DNA of 41,901 nucleotides, from IMG/VR virus record IMGVR_UViG_3300032212_000044, positions 1-41,901 of that record; one strand, 5' to 3'. How positions within the stretch are numbered: position 1 is the stretch's first letter; each line of letters begins with the position of its first letter. Source of the stretch: a virus (taxonomy: Duplodnaviria; Caudoviricetes). The notes under the pieces were generated by a model. It had not been told where the DNA came from. It saw nothing but the letters and a program-made list of their open reading frames with translations, and did no database searches. The position numbers were made by a program, and so were the translations under genes. Of the stretch, positions 34,173 through 41,901 are shown piece by piece.

Positions 34173-35326
34173 TACTCAAACCCCAGGAATTTTGGCTGTC
34201 TTTCTGCCTGAGTTGTTTGGCCTAACTCAGATTGTTTTGTCTCAATATCGCGCATTTTCTGATTAATAAACGCATCTAATTGAACCATCTTTTCTTCTGG
34301 GCTTGCGTCTGGATCGCCCATTGTTGCCTTAAGTGCCTCACCTTCTTGAACAGTGAAAGCAGCGCCGAATGTAGGCTTTAATAATGGAAGAACTTGGTTA
34401 TTAACGATTGCTATAAACTTAGCTCTTGCCGTAGCCCCCTTAGTGGCTCCGAATCCTGTTTGTTTAACAGCAGAATCAAATATCTTCCCGCCTATTGTGC
34501 TAGTGGCTATTGTTGATAATTCTCTTAGCTGATCAACAGCATTAGTCAGGCCAGGTAGAGCCGCTCTTGCTTGGTTCAGCTCACTTAGCGCTTCGCCTTT
34601 TCTCTTAGCCGCTGTTCTGGCTTTTATAACCGCTTTCTCTATTTGAGGCTTAAATTTAAGTTTAGCTGTAGATGCTCCGGTCTCTTCGCCTAGTTTTTTC
34701 TTCTCGCCGATAGTTGCCTCAACATCGCCTATCTGCTCGGCAGTGCCTTCCCTTAGTATAGTTTGACTTGCCGAACCAGTAGCCCTAGGATCAAGCCCTA
34801 ATTTAACTCTTCTGGCTCTTTCTGCCTCCTCTGGAGATAGGTTTGCAGTTAGTGAGCTAAATTCTCTTTCGCCAAGACTAACCCCTGTTGTATCGATTCT
34901 CTTGGCCAAGTCTACCGCCTGTTGTGAGCGTGTTAATAGTTCAGCGGGGTTAGTTTGGGCTAATTGAATAGCTTCATCTGTCTCATCAGTAGGCAAACCA
35001 GAATTAATAAGATCATTCCTACGTCTCTCCAACTTAGCTACTACTTGGTCTGTTCGACCTGCCTGAAGATCAGGGATAATTTGCTGTGCACCAATACCCA
35101 AAGACTTGATTATTTCTGATTGTCTTGCATTCTCAAGTGACTCTTGCGTTGGGATATTAGCCTCTGCTGTTTGGGCTTGAGCTTCTAATAATCTATTTCT
35201 AAAAGGCCGCTCTTTGCTCTGTTGAACGAGATTACTTATACGCTGGACATTCATCAGTGCATTACTAAAAGTCTGCCCTATGTCTGTGACTCTGCCCTGA
35301 AGCCCTATTTCTGGTTTAACCGCCAT
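34172..35326 (-). CDS. DNA ejection protein (P22 gp20 position)
   Basis: Helical and Gln/Ala-rich, supported by synteny. Confidence 0.7.
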   Translation of the reverse strand: MAVKPEIGLQGRVTDIGQTFSNALMNVQRISNLVQQSKERPFRNRLLEAQAQTAEANIPTQESLENARQSEIIKSLGIGAQQIIPDLQAGRTDQVVAKLERRRNDLINSGLPTDETDEAIQLAQTNPAELLTRSQQAVDLAKRIDTTGVSLGEREFSSLTANLSPEEAERARRVKLGLDPRATGSASQTILREGTAEQIGDVEATIGEKKKLGEETGASTAKLKFKPQIEKAVIKARTAAKRKGEALSELNQARAALPGLTNAVDQLRELSTIATSTIGGKIFDSAVKQTGFGATKGATARAKFIAIVNNQVLPLLKPTFGAAFTVQEGEALKATMGDPDASPEEKMVQLDAFINQKMRDIETKQSELGQTTQAERQPKFLGFE

Positions 35327-36059
35327 GATTAACACCTATCATAGAATAATTAACTTTTAGGTAGCCATTTTCACTTATTACCGCACTTGGATATTTATCT
35401 AAAATTTCTTGTGCAATTACCCCGAAACTATCACCAAACATGCCTAGTGAGTTAGCCAGTTTATTCCATGTCCATGAATAGATATTATGTCCTTTTTCTT
35501 CGCCTATTTTCTTAATATTTTCTTTTAGCCGCTTATCTGAAAGGAAAGCTAGAGCGCCTCCTGCATTCACACCAGCATTTAATAAATTAGCAGTGCCCTG
35601 CTGCTCTGCGCTTGCCCCACCTAACTTGCCCGCGGCAATAGCCGCCGCCGAATCTGTAACCAATCCGCCTTGAGCCTTAGCCGTGGAAGAGCCTATATTA
35701 AGCAGGTCTGCTATGCTGTTTTTCTGGCTTGATATTAGGGGTTGTGCAGATAATAGAACATTATTACTCAATTGCTGTAATGTATCACCAGCACTTAGCC
35801 TGCCTCGTGCAGCAGCCATGTTTTTAGTCTGTGTATTGGCATTATCTAATGCTAGATCAAATAAAGGATTACTTTGAAGAAAATCAAATTGTGCTTGAGG
35901 GTCTGTCAAGAATCCAGCTTGTTCTATTCCCCCTATACCTAGTTGCCTGAAGGGCTCAAACAGTGCACTTGATTCTCGTGCGGAATCAGCTTGTAACTGT
36001 CCGCCCTGTTGGGCTGCACTTGCTACCCCGCTACCTGTTAATTTTCTGACAAACCCCAT
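35316..36059 (-). CDS. DNA ejection protein (P22 gp7-like) with a C-terminal S74-like chaperone domain
   Basis: 'AAARGRLSAGDTLQQL' gp7-like core, then 'FLSDKRLKENI..YSWTWN..GVIAQEI..YLKVNY'. Confidence 0.78.
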   Translation of the reverse strand: MGFVRKLTGSGVASAAQQGGQLQADSARESSALFEPFRQLGIGGIEQAGFLTDPQAQFDFLQSNPLFDLALDNANTQTKNMAAARGRLSAGDTLQQLSNNVLLSAQPLISSQKNSIADLLNIGSSTAKAQGGLVTDSAAAIAAGKLGGASAEQQGTANLLNAGVNAGGALAFLSDKRLKENIKKIGEEKGHNIYSWTWNKLANSLGMFGDSFGVIAQEILDKYPSAVISENGYLKVNYSMIGVNHGG

Positions 36060-36235
36060 TATATTAACCTCATCTTAATAACATCATGCCCTACACCATT
36101 CTTGATGTAGTCGTTTTTGATGATCCCGGACTCTTCAAACCCAAACTCTTTAGCAAAGCTAATGACATTTGGATAGCATTCCGGTATTTCGGCGTGGATA
36201 ATGGCGTTTTTCCTTCTCCCGAATATAAGAAGGAT
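36059..36235 (-). pseudogene. Orphaned duplicate 3' half of the GNAT gene
   Basis: Start-less frame ..AEIPECYPNVISFAKEFGF..DYIKNG..DV..RLI*, 25/43 identical to the intact copy, ends in a TAATG overlap with the gp7-like gene. Confidence 0.85.
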
Positions 36236-36247
36236 TCACACAACTTT

Positions 36248-36739
36248 CTATATTTTACCAAAAACAACAAATTTATTCATCGATTCCCATTCAAATCTTG
36301 CAGACATAGCTTGAATAAAATACTTAAATGTACCAAGACGTCTCTGCTTTACTCCGTCTATCTGGCTTGTCGTTGCTGCCCATTTGTTCCTGCGTTTCTC
36401 AAATCTAACTCCAACCAACTCAGTGTTATCACATCTATTGTGATTATTCTCAATATAACTGGCGCTCCTTAGGTTTTCCCACGTATTATCAGCCCTGTTC
36501 CTATTAATGTGATCTACATTGTTTTCAGGAAAAAATCCAGTCATGTATAGAAATGCCAGTCTATGCAGAGAATAGGACTTTCCATCTATATGTACGGTTA
36601 AGTATCCATCTGTATTTAACGACCCAACTATATCGCCAACCTTACATCTATTAGAGCTGGCTATTTTTCTTATAAAGATTCCGGTATTTTTATTATAGTC
36701 TAAGACGTCTTTTAATCTTTTTTGGGTCAATTCAACCAT
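36248..36739 (-). mobile_element. Free-standing HNH homing endonuclease (HNH plus AP2-like)
   Basis: 'LTQKRLKDVLDYN..TGIF..HRLAFLYMTG..VDHINRNRADNTWENLR..N'. Confidence 0.9.
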
Positions 36740-37178
36740 TTTTTAGCCTATATCTGTGTACATCGTATTTTAGTCCGTTCTTAATATATTCATCTTTAAT
36801 TGTTTTTACCCTAACAAACCCAAAGCTCTCTGCAAAATCGATAACATTTTTATATATTTCTGGTATTTCTGCATAAAGATCGCGGGCTCTGTATTTATCA
36901 ACCTGTAACGCTATTCGCGCGAATTCTTTTGCATACTCCTGTCTGTACTCTGGCAATACTTGAATATGACATTCAACAAAATCATTAATTGTATGATAGA
37001 TCATTAGGCCAATAATGTCATCTTTCTCATATCCTGCAATATATTCAATATCTTCATTGATAGGCACTTCAAATTCAGCTATATCTGGGCTTCCGTCCCC
37101 GTTTATCACATCATAGATGTCAGGATGACAAAGCACTTTCCTTATGTCTTTCTTGTTGGTTGTTTCTGTTACGTGCAT
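36732..37178 (-). CDS. GNAT-fold protein (P22 gp14 / DUF2824-like)
   Basis: 'ECHIQVLPEYR..NVIDFAESFGF', position before the ejection genes. Confidence 0.8.
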   Translation of the reverse strand: MHVTETTNKKDIRKVLCHPDIYDVINGDGSPDIAEFEVPINEDIEYIAGYEKDDIIGLMIYHTINDFVECHIQVLPEYRQEYAKEFARIALQVDKYRARDLYAEIPEIYKNVIDFAESFGFVRVKTIKDEYIKNGLKYDVHRYRLKNG

Positions 37179-38077
37179 TATGCGTCATCCACAAGCAATA
37201 TTTCCATATCAGCAGAAACCTCTGCGACTGCCCCAGAACCCTGGGCCTCTACCCATATATCAGTCAGTGCAGGAAATGGCCCTACCGGGGATTTCGGAGA
37301 AAATCCAAGCGCACCAGATAACCCGTCCCAATAATTTCTGATTCTTAATGAGCTAAAAGGCGCTACCGTGTCTGTTATCCCTGCCCTGGTAACAATCTTA
37401 GCGTCGGCTGTCTTATTTGAATCTACCGTAATTAGTGCGCTCAATAGATAACCTGTCTTACCTGCTGGAATCGTATAGCCGCAATACTGAGATTGACCCT
37501 CATACTGAGCGATAGAGATTAAATCCTGTGTTCCCGCTGTATTCTCTATGACAATAGCGCCCTGGTTGGTTCCCGTTGTTGGTGTTGTTGAGTACGTACC
37601 GACCGCTGATACATAAGCCCTAAAATCCCTTAGAAAAGAGGTTGTTGTTGATGCGCTTGCCGCTATGCCATTGGTGGCGATTGTCTCGGATACTTCATTG
37701 CCAGATGCGTCAAGCCCTTCTACTGTCACCTCTCTTGCACCTGTTCCCGCTGCTGTATCATTCGCGTTCCCGCCGGCCTTAATTCTGACGGTTGTTGCCG
37801 CAGATAGATGGAATGCAGGCACGCTTAACAAGGCGACTCGCTCCCATGCCCCGCTTGCAACAGCATCATTGCGTCCAAATTTATGGACAATTGAATGACC
37901 AGTAATATTTCCCTTAACAACCTCTGTATAAAAATCAGCGGAAGTATAAGAAACAGCTACTGGCTGCTGGACATTAACTTCGATTGGTGTGGAATCATCG
38001 ATAGTTAGTGGCTGATTGTTTATATCAACTAATACAGCATCTTTTGCTGCGTTTAATGGGAGTAGTATTAAGCTCAT
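37178..38077 (-). CDS. Putative virion structural protein
   Basis: 'VHKFGRN..DTAAGTGAREVTVEGLD..YTIPAGKTGYL' motifs, located in the tail module. Confidence 0.65.
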   Translation of the reverse strand: MSLILLPLNAAKDAVLVDINNQPLTIDDSTPIEVNVQQPVAVSYTSADFYTEVVKGNITGHSIVHKFGRNDAVASGAWERVALLSVPAFHLSAATTVRIKAGGNANDTAAGTGAREVTVEGLDASGNEVSETIATNGIAASASTTTSFLRDFRAYVSAVGTYSTTPTTGTNQGAIVIENTAGTQDLISIAQYEGQSQYCGYTIPAGKTGYLLSALITVDSNKTADAKIVTRAGITDTVAPFSSLRIRNYWDGLSGALGFSPKSPVGPFPALTDIWVEAQGSGAVAEVSADMEILLVDDA

Positions 38078-38514
38078 GTGCCTATCCAAGCGGTTGTACT
38101 GATAACAGTAAATTGTATCGACATATATTGTTGGGTGAGCAATACACTAGTATCACCCAGCACAGTCTCTGAGCCAGCAGTAGCAACAGTTACATCGTTT
38201 GTGGCATCTATCACCGCGATATCGACCGATTCCCCTGATGTATCAGCAGATATTGCAGGGAGCGTGATTTGAACCGTATTATCAGACGCATCAACAACAA
38301 TTAACGAACCATAAGCATCAGAGTCGAGAATTAAATCATTATTCGCTAATGTAACTATCTGCTTCCCAGCTACCGCGTCAAATGATCCGCCGGTTCTTTG
38401 CCACAATTGAAACAGAATAGTATTCTGCCTTTCAAAGTACGACCTTATATCTGGATCATTAAAAAACTTATCCGGTATTCTTAACTGTGGTGGTGGATTG
38501 ACTAAGGTACTCAT
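38074..38514 (-). CDS. Putative tail needle/tip protein
   Basis: Follows the hub gene. 'LFQLWQRTGG' plus a beta-rich C-terminus. Confidence 0.55.
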   Translation of the reverse strand: MSTLVNPPPQLRIPDKFFNDPDIRSYFERQNTILFQLWQRTGGSFDAVAGKQIVTLANNDLILDSDAYGSLIVVDASDNTVQITLPAISADTSGESVDIAVIDATNDVTVATAGSETVLGDTSVLLTQQYMSIQFTVISTTAWIGT

Positions 38515-39938
38515 CGCCCAGCCAGCCTTATGTCAATTGCTGCTGAGTAGATATTAAAAGCCACTGGATCAGAAGTTGTTAATCTAACCATGCAATCATA
38601 AAAGCTTTTCATATTGAACCACTCCGCCCTGATATCAAACTGACCCATTCGGCCTATCTTCAACCATGTACCTGTACTCCATGTTCTACCGCCATCATAG
38701 GAGGCCTCTAGCATTATTGAGGGGTCTTGACCTTGCCCGCTTACCAATCCAACGCCGGTTTCAAGTATAAATTCCATGCGTGACATTTGTATCCTGTGGC
38801 CTTTCTGCCCTAATGCATCACCATTTATAGACCCCATGACTCTACGTCTACGCCATGCATCGCCCGCTATATCGTAAGCACTAAAGTCTAATTTATTTAA
38901 CTTTCCATTACTCCTATCGCCTACCAGTGTTTCATTGTAAGCGCTCAGCATAGAACCAGCGTTAAAGCTGTCATCCTCTATACCTTCAGATAGCTCAAAC
39001 CAGCCATTTAGCCCTAATTCCTCGATTACACACCATGTCTTTTGCTCGGTTGGGAACGTCAAAACATAAATTGTCTTATTATCAACCGTGATAATTTCTC
39101 CGAATGCGTCGCTTACCGTCGTATAGCTCTGTATATCGCCTGAGATCGCTGCTGTGCTGATAACTTGCTCTTGCCCGCCCCTAGCCCTATAAACCTGTAA
39201 ATCAGTTCCTAGCCAGTAAACAAAGTCCCTTGAGTTATCAACCGAATGTTTGGCAACAAGGCCAATATTCATTATCTGGCCTTCAAGTCTGTCAAATGGC
39301 GGTATCCCTACGCCTGAGTTAAACCAGTTAGCACAAGAGCGCTTACCAAATCGGTATAGGATCTGATCAAAAGCGTAATCTCTTACTAATTCGTCTGGGT
39401 CTGATTCTTCCCCTACAGCGTTAAGACTTGAGGCGCTTGAACCGTCGCCAACATCACTAAACACTGTTAATAGTGGAAATGTGTAAGCGAATTGATTATT
39501 TATGAATGCAACTGACTGAGCGCCAACGATACTCGCATCAGTGACCACTGTAACAAGGTTAGTTGTTGCGCTGTATTGACTAACTATGCCATTAGCAACA
39601 ATGAACATATTTACGCCATCATCAGCAAATATACATCTATCAGTGCCGGATATTGTGCCCCTTGACGTGTGTGTGCCAGTGCTTGAAACCTCATACAGCG
39701 TATTATCGATAACCCTGTAGGCTATCTCTGACATTTGGTGCATACCTCTGTCAGTGCCCGCTGTAGTCGATCCTAAATTAGTTTGCCCAGGAAATGACTT
39801 GATAACGTAGTTTTCTTTTCCAGATTCCACTCTCTCATGATAAAGGTTTCTTGTTTCCTGAGATGTCAAAGGTCTTGACCTGTCCTGATAAGACGGCCCA
39901 GCTATGTTAATAGGGACGGTTTTAAATGCTGATTCCAT
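38511..39938 (-). CDS. Tail hub / packaged DNA stabilisation protein (P22 gp10-like)
   Basis: 475 aa beta-propeller-like, 'IKSFPG', 'ESDPD', 'SYDGGRTW'. Confidence 0.85.
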   Translation of the reverse strand: MESAFKTVPINIAGPSYQDRSRPLTSQETRNLYHERVESGKENYVIKSFPGQTNLGSTTAGTDRGMHQMSEIAYRVIDNTLYEVSSTGTHTSRGTISGTDRCIFADDGVNMFIVANGIVSQYSATTNLVTVVTDASIVGAQSVAFINNQFAYTFPLLTVFSDVGDGSSASSLNAVGEESDPDELVRDYAFDQILYRFGKRSCANWFNSGVGIPPFDRLEGQIMNIGLVAKHSVDNSRDFVYWLGTDLQVYRARGGQEQVISTAAISGDIQSYTTVSDAFGEIITVDNKTIYVLTFPTEQKTWCVIEELGLNGWFELSEGIEDDSFNAGSMLSAYNETLVGDRSNGKLNKLDFSAYDIAGDAWRRRRVMGSINGDALGQKGHRIQMSRMEFILETGVGLVSGQGQDPSIMLEASYDGGRTWSTGTWLKIGRMGQFDIRAEWFNMKSFYDCMVRLTTSDPVAFNIYSAAIDIRLAGR

Positions 39939-40567
39939 TAGGGTGTAGCGCCTTCTACGCGCACAACAGGGGCAGGCCCATACCTACCCAACCAATCCTT
40001 CTTGTTCGCTCCCCTAATGGCTAATATGAACTTCTGATAATTATCCGCTGCCATCTGTGGCTCTTCAGTGAAGCTTCTTAATGCCCACAAAGCACCAAAT
40101 AGATAAATATTAGGATGATTAGTTAATACTGAATTAGTGGTATTAGATGCAGATAAGGGAGTAAAGTCCTGAAAATACTGAATCTCACCTGCATAAACCT
40201 GATCCGACACGCGATCGAACTCTATCTGATCTGTGATAGTGAAGAATCGAGGCATACCCGTAGAGCTTTTAATATTTAACTGTCCTGGAGTCCTATAAAA
40301 CAATTCATAAGATTCTCCATCAACAATCTGAATCCTTAGCTTTCTTGATGACTGATAACCAGTAGGTAGCGCTGCAAACCGATCAGTGGTATTAGTGGCG
40401 AAAGCCGTTAAAGTCTCTGATGATCTGAGTTTTAACGGCTCATCCTCATTAGCCAGCATCTTAGACTCGGCCATGTCAATAAAGGTATCTATTTTTAGAT
40501 CAAGATCATCCCTGTGTGACCATTCGATGATTTCATTCTTTAAATTAGCGTATGTGTCTAAACTCAT
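39938..40567 (-). CDS. Head-tail adaptor
   Basis: 'TYANLK..I..W..R.DL..IDTFIDMAE..N..LTNHPNIYLFGAL'. Confidence 0.8.
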   Translation of the reverse strand: MSLDTYANLKNEIIEWSHRDDLDLKIDTFIDMAESKMLANEDEPLKLRSSETLTAFATNTTDRFAALPTGYQSSRKLRIQIVDGESYELFYRTPGQLNIKSSTGMPRFFTITDQIEFDRVSDQVYAGEIQYFQDFTPLSASNTTNSVLTNHPNIYLFGALWALRSFTEEPQMAADNYQKFILAIRGANKKDWLGRYGPAPVVRVEGATP

Positions 40568-40601
40568 GGCCCCGCCTTAAAGTTAGTTCAGCCGAACATA
40601 A

Positions 40602-40838
40602 TTACTCTGAATCTTTTTGTTTTTCGCTCTTTGGTTTTGGCCCTGGCTTGGATTTTGACTTCTCTACCTTAGTCATCCATTCGTTACTAAATTGCTGCTC
40701 TTCAGTAATAACAACAGGGTCGCCATTTTTGTCTACATCAACCGAATGTTTAACAGGCATCAAATTAAATTCCTGATTTTCTTTGCGTAAAATACCGTAT
40801 ATGAAACCAGTTTTACCGGGCTTGACTCGAACTTTCAT
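40602..40838 (-). CDS. Hypothetical protein after the cement gene
   Basis: 78 aa, RBS GAGG. Confidence 0.7.
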   Translation of the reverse strand: MKVRVKPGKTGFIYGILRKENQEFNLMPVKHSVDVDKNGDPVVITEEQQFSNEWMTKVEKSKSKPGPKPKSEKQKDSE

Positions 40839-40888
40839 AATAAATCCTCAAATGCGCCCCTCCTGAACCAGCAAGGGGCAGTTAGTGA

Positions 40889-41314
40889 TTAAGAGATAGT
40901 GAAGCCATCTGCATAGTCTACGGAGGCATCAATCATGCTTAATGGCAGGATATTAGCTGATACTGTCAGCGTTGGCGTAGTGCCTGCTAACGTATATCGA
41001 ACGCCGATAAAGCCTTCCATATCTGTATGATCGATTGGCATCACAAACTTATAACCCGCTACCAAAGTACCGGCTACGACAGCCTTAGTTGAGATAATAG
41101 TCGCAGATGATAAAGCAGCTACGGTATCAGTCTCGATAGCGAATGAATAAGTCTCATCGCCAGTCGTGAAGTCAGCCGCCACATCAACAGTAAAGACAAC
41201 CCCTAAAGGCTCACCAATACCCATTGACTCATTAAAAGGTGCAACATTGGTACTAATCGCTGTTGCCGTTAACGCCTGAGCGTCAGATAGTTGTAATTGT
41301 GAATCTAAGTACAT
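40889..41314 (-). CDS. Capsid cement protein (BPP-1 Bbp16-like)
   Basis: MYLDSQLQLSDAQALTATAISTNV.., RBS AAGGAG before ATG 41314, directly after the capsid gene. Confidence 0.85.
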   Translation of the reverse strand: MYLDSQLQLSDAQALTATAISTNVAPFNESMGIGEPLGVVFTVDVAADFTTGDETYSFAIETDTVAALSSATIISTKAVVAGTLVAGYKFVMPIDHTDMEGFIGVRYTLAGTTPTLTVSANILPLSMIDASVDYADGFTIS

Positions 41315-41324
41315 AGTATTCTCC

Positions 41325-41901
41325 TTAAGAAACCACGGCTTCAGCGTTGATGATACGATCAACCAAGCGCACAGGAATACCCAAAAAGCGCAGCTCTTGA
41401 ATAGTCATGCCGAATTGATTGATCGCAGGCTCAATTGTCACAGCACCAGTGCTAACATCCATCGCCATTACGCGCAGATGTGATGCAACAGTACGGTTAA
41501 CATAAAATGCTGGCTTATCCCCTGGGCCGTTAGGTAGATGATCAATAGCTCGTGCCATTAACTTATGAATTGCTGTAGCCGCAGTAGTGGCCTGAGTAGT
41601 GGCCTTAGCAACCAGATCAGATACATCAATGTTAGGAATGCGAACCACTTCGCGCCAGTCTTTAACAACTAGGCCGTTCTTCCACTTCCATTCATCCATA
41701 TACGCCCTGAAACGGTTATCGCTTGCGTCAAATGCATCACCTAAACCTAGGTCTTCATGGCTTAAGCCGGCCTGTGAGCCTTTAGGGAAAACACCAAATA
41801 CTTTGTTTTCGCCCCAGTTAACCAGCCAAATAGACGTATTGTCAGCACCCGAACCACCTGCACTGATAATGTTCTGGGCATTGGTAGCTGAAAGGTCATT
41901 G
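41325..41901 (-). CDS. Major capsid protein, 3' part
   Basis: In-frame continuation of 1-683: 'VKDWREVVRIPNIDV..FYVNRT..FLGIPVRLVDRI'. Confidence 0.92.
   Translation of the reverse strand, partial: NDLSATNAQNIISAGGSGADNTSIWLVNWGENKVFGVFPKGSQAGLSHEDLGLGDAFDASDNRFRAYMDEWKWKNGLVVKDWREVVRIPNIDVSDLVAKATTQATTAATAIHKLMARAIDHLPNGPGDKPAFYVNRTVASHLRVMAMDVSTGAVTIEPAINQFGMTIQELRFLGIPVRLVDRIINAEAVVS
41659..41901. repeat. Terminal direct repeat, right copy
   Basis: 242/243 identical to 1-243. Confidence 0.97.

Noticed and set aside
36059-36739. Group I intron containing the HNH gene
   Set aside because: The upstream GNAT gene is already complete, the HNH overlaps its stop, and there is no room for an intron core
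1-41901. Stop-codon reassignment
   Set aside because: Core genes are full length in the standard code, all three stops end coupled genes, and no suppressor tRNA was found

Overview
This window is an apparently complete, circularly permuted genome of a tailed dsDNA phage (podovirus-like). Unit length is about 41,658 bp, and nt 1-243 repeat at 41659-41901 with one mismatch, splitting the major capsid gene. The minus-strand morphogenesis module is mosaic: Sf6/P22-type terminase, PaP3/LUZ24-type portal, BPP-1/epsilon15-type capsid plus cement protein, P22-type hub, GNAT and ejection proteins, and two receptor-binding proteins sharing an N-terminal anchor. Two early arms diverge from about 20.4-21.9 kb. 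The left arm carries a replication initiator, DnaB and many small ORFs. The right arm carries NinB, nucleases and an ssDNA-annealing protein. I recognised no integrase, CI-type repressor, partition system, reverse transcriptase or CRISPR array. The most unusual features are: (i) many structured non-coding elements, including tRNA-Pro(TGG) with A37, two aberrant tRNA-like elements, a C4/CI-like attenuator before the replication genes and several pseudoknot-capable leaders; (ii) two free-standing HNH genes, each followed by a decayed copy of the 3' end of the adjoining gene; (iii) a translationally coupled 16-aa basic micropeptide before a membrane protein in the lysis region; (iv) a candidate anti-defence gene pair beside the tRNA. 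All family calls come from motif recognition by eye and all RNA folds were paired by hand. No searches were run.
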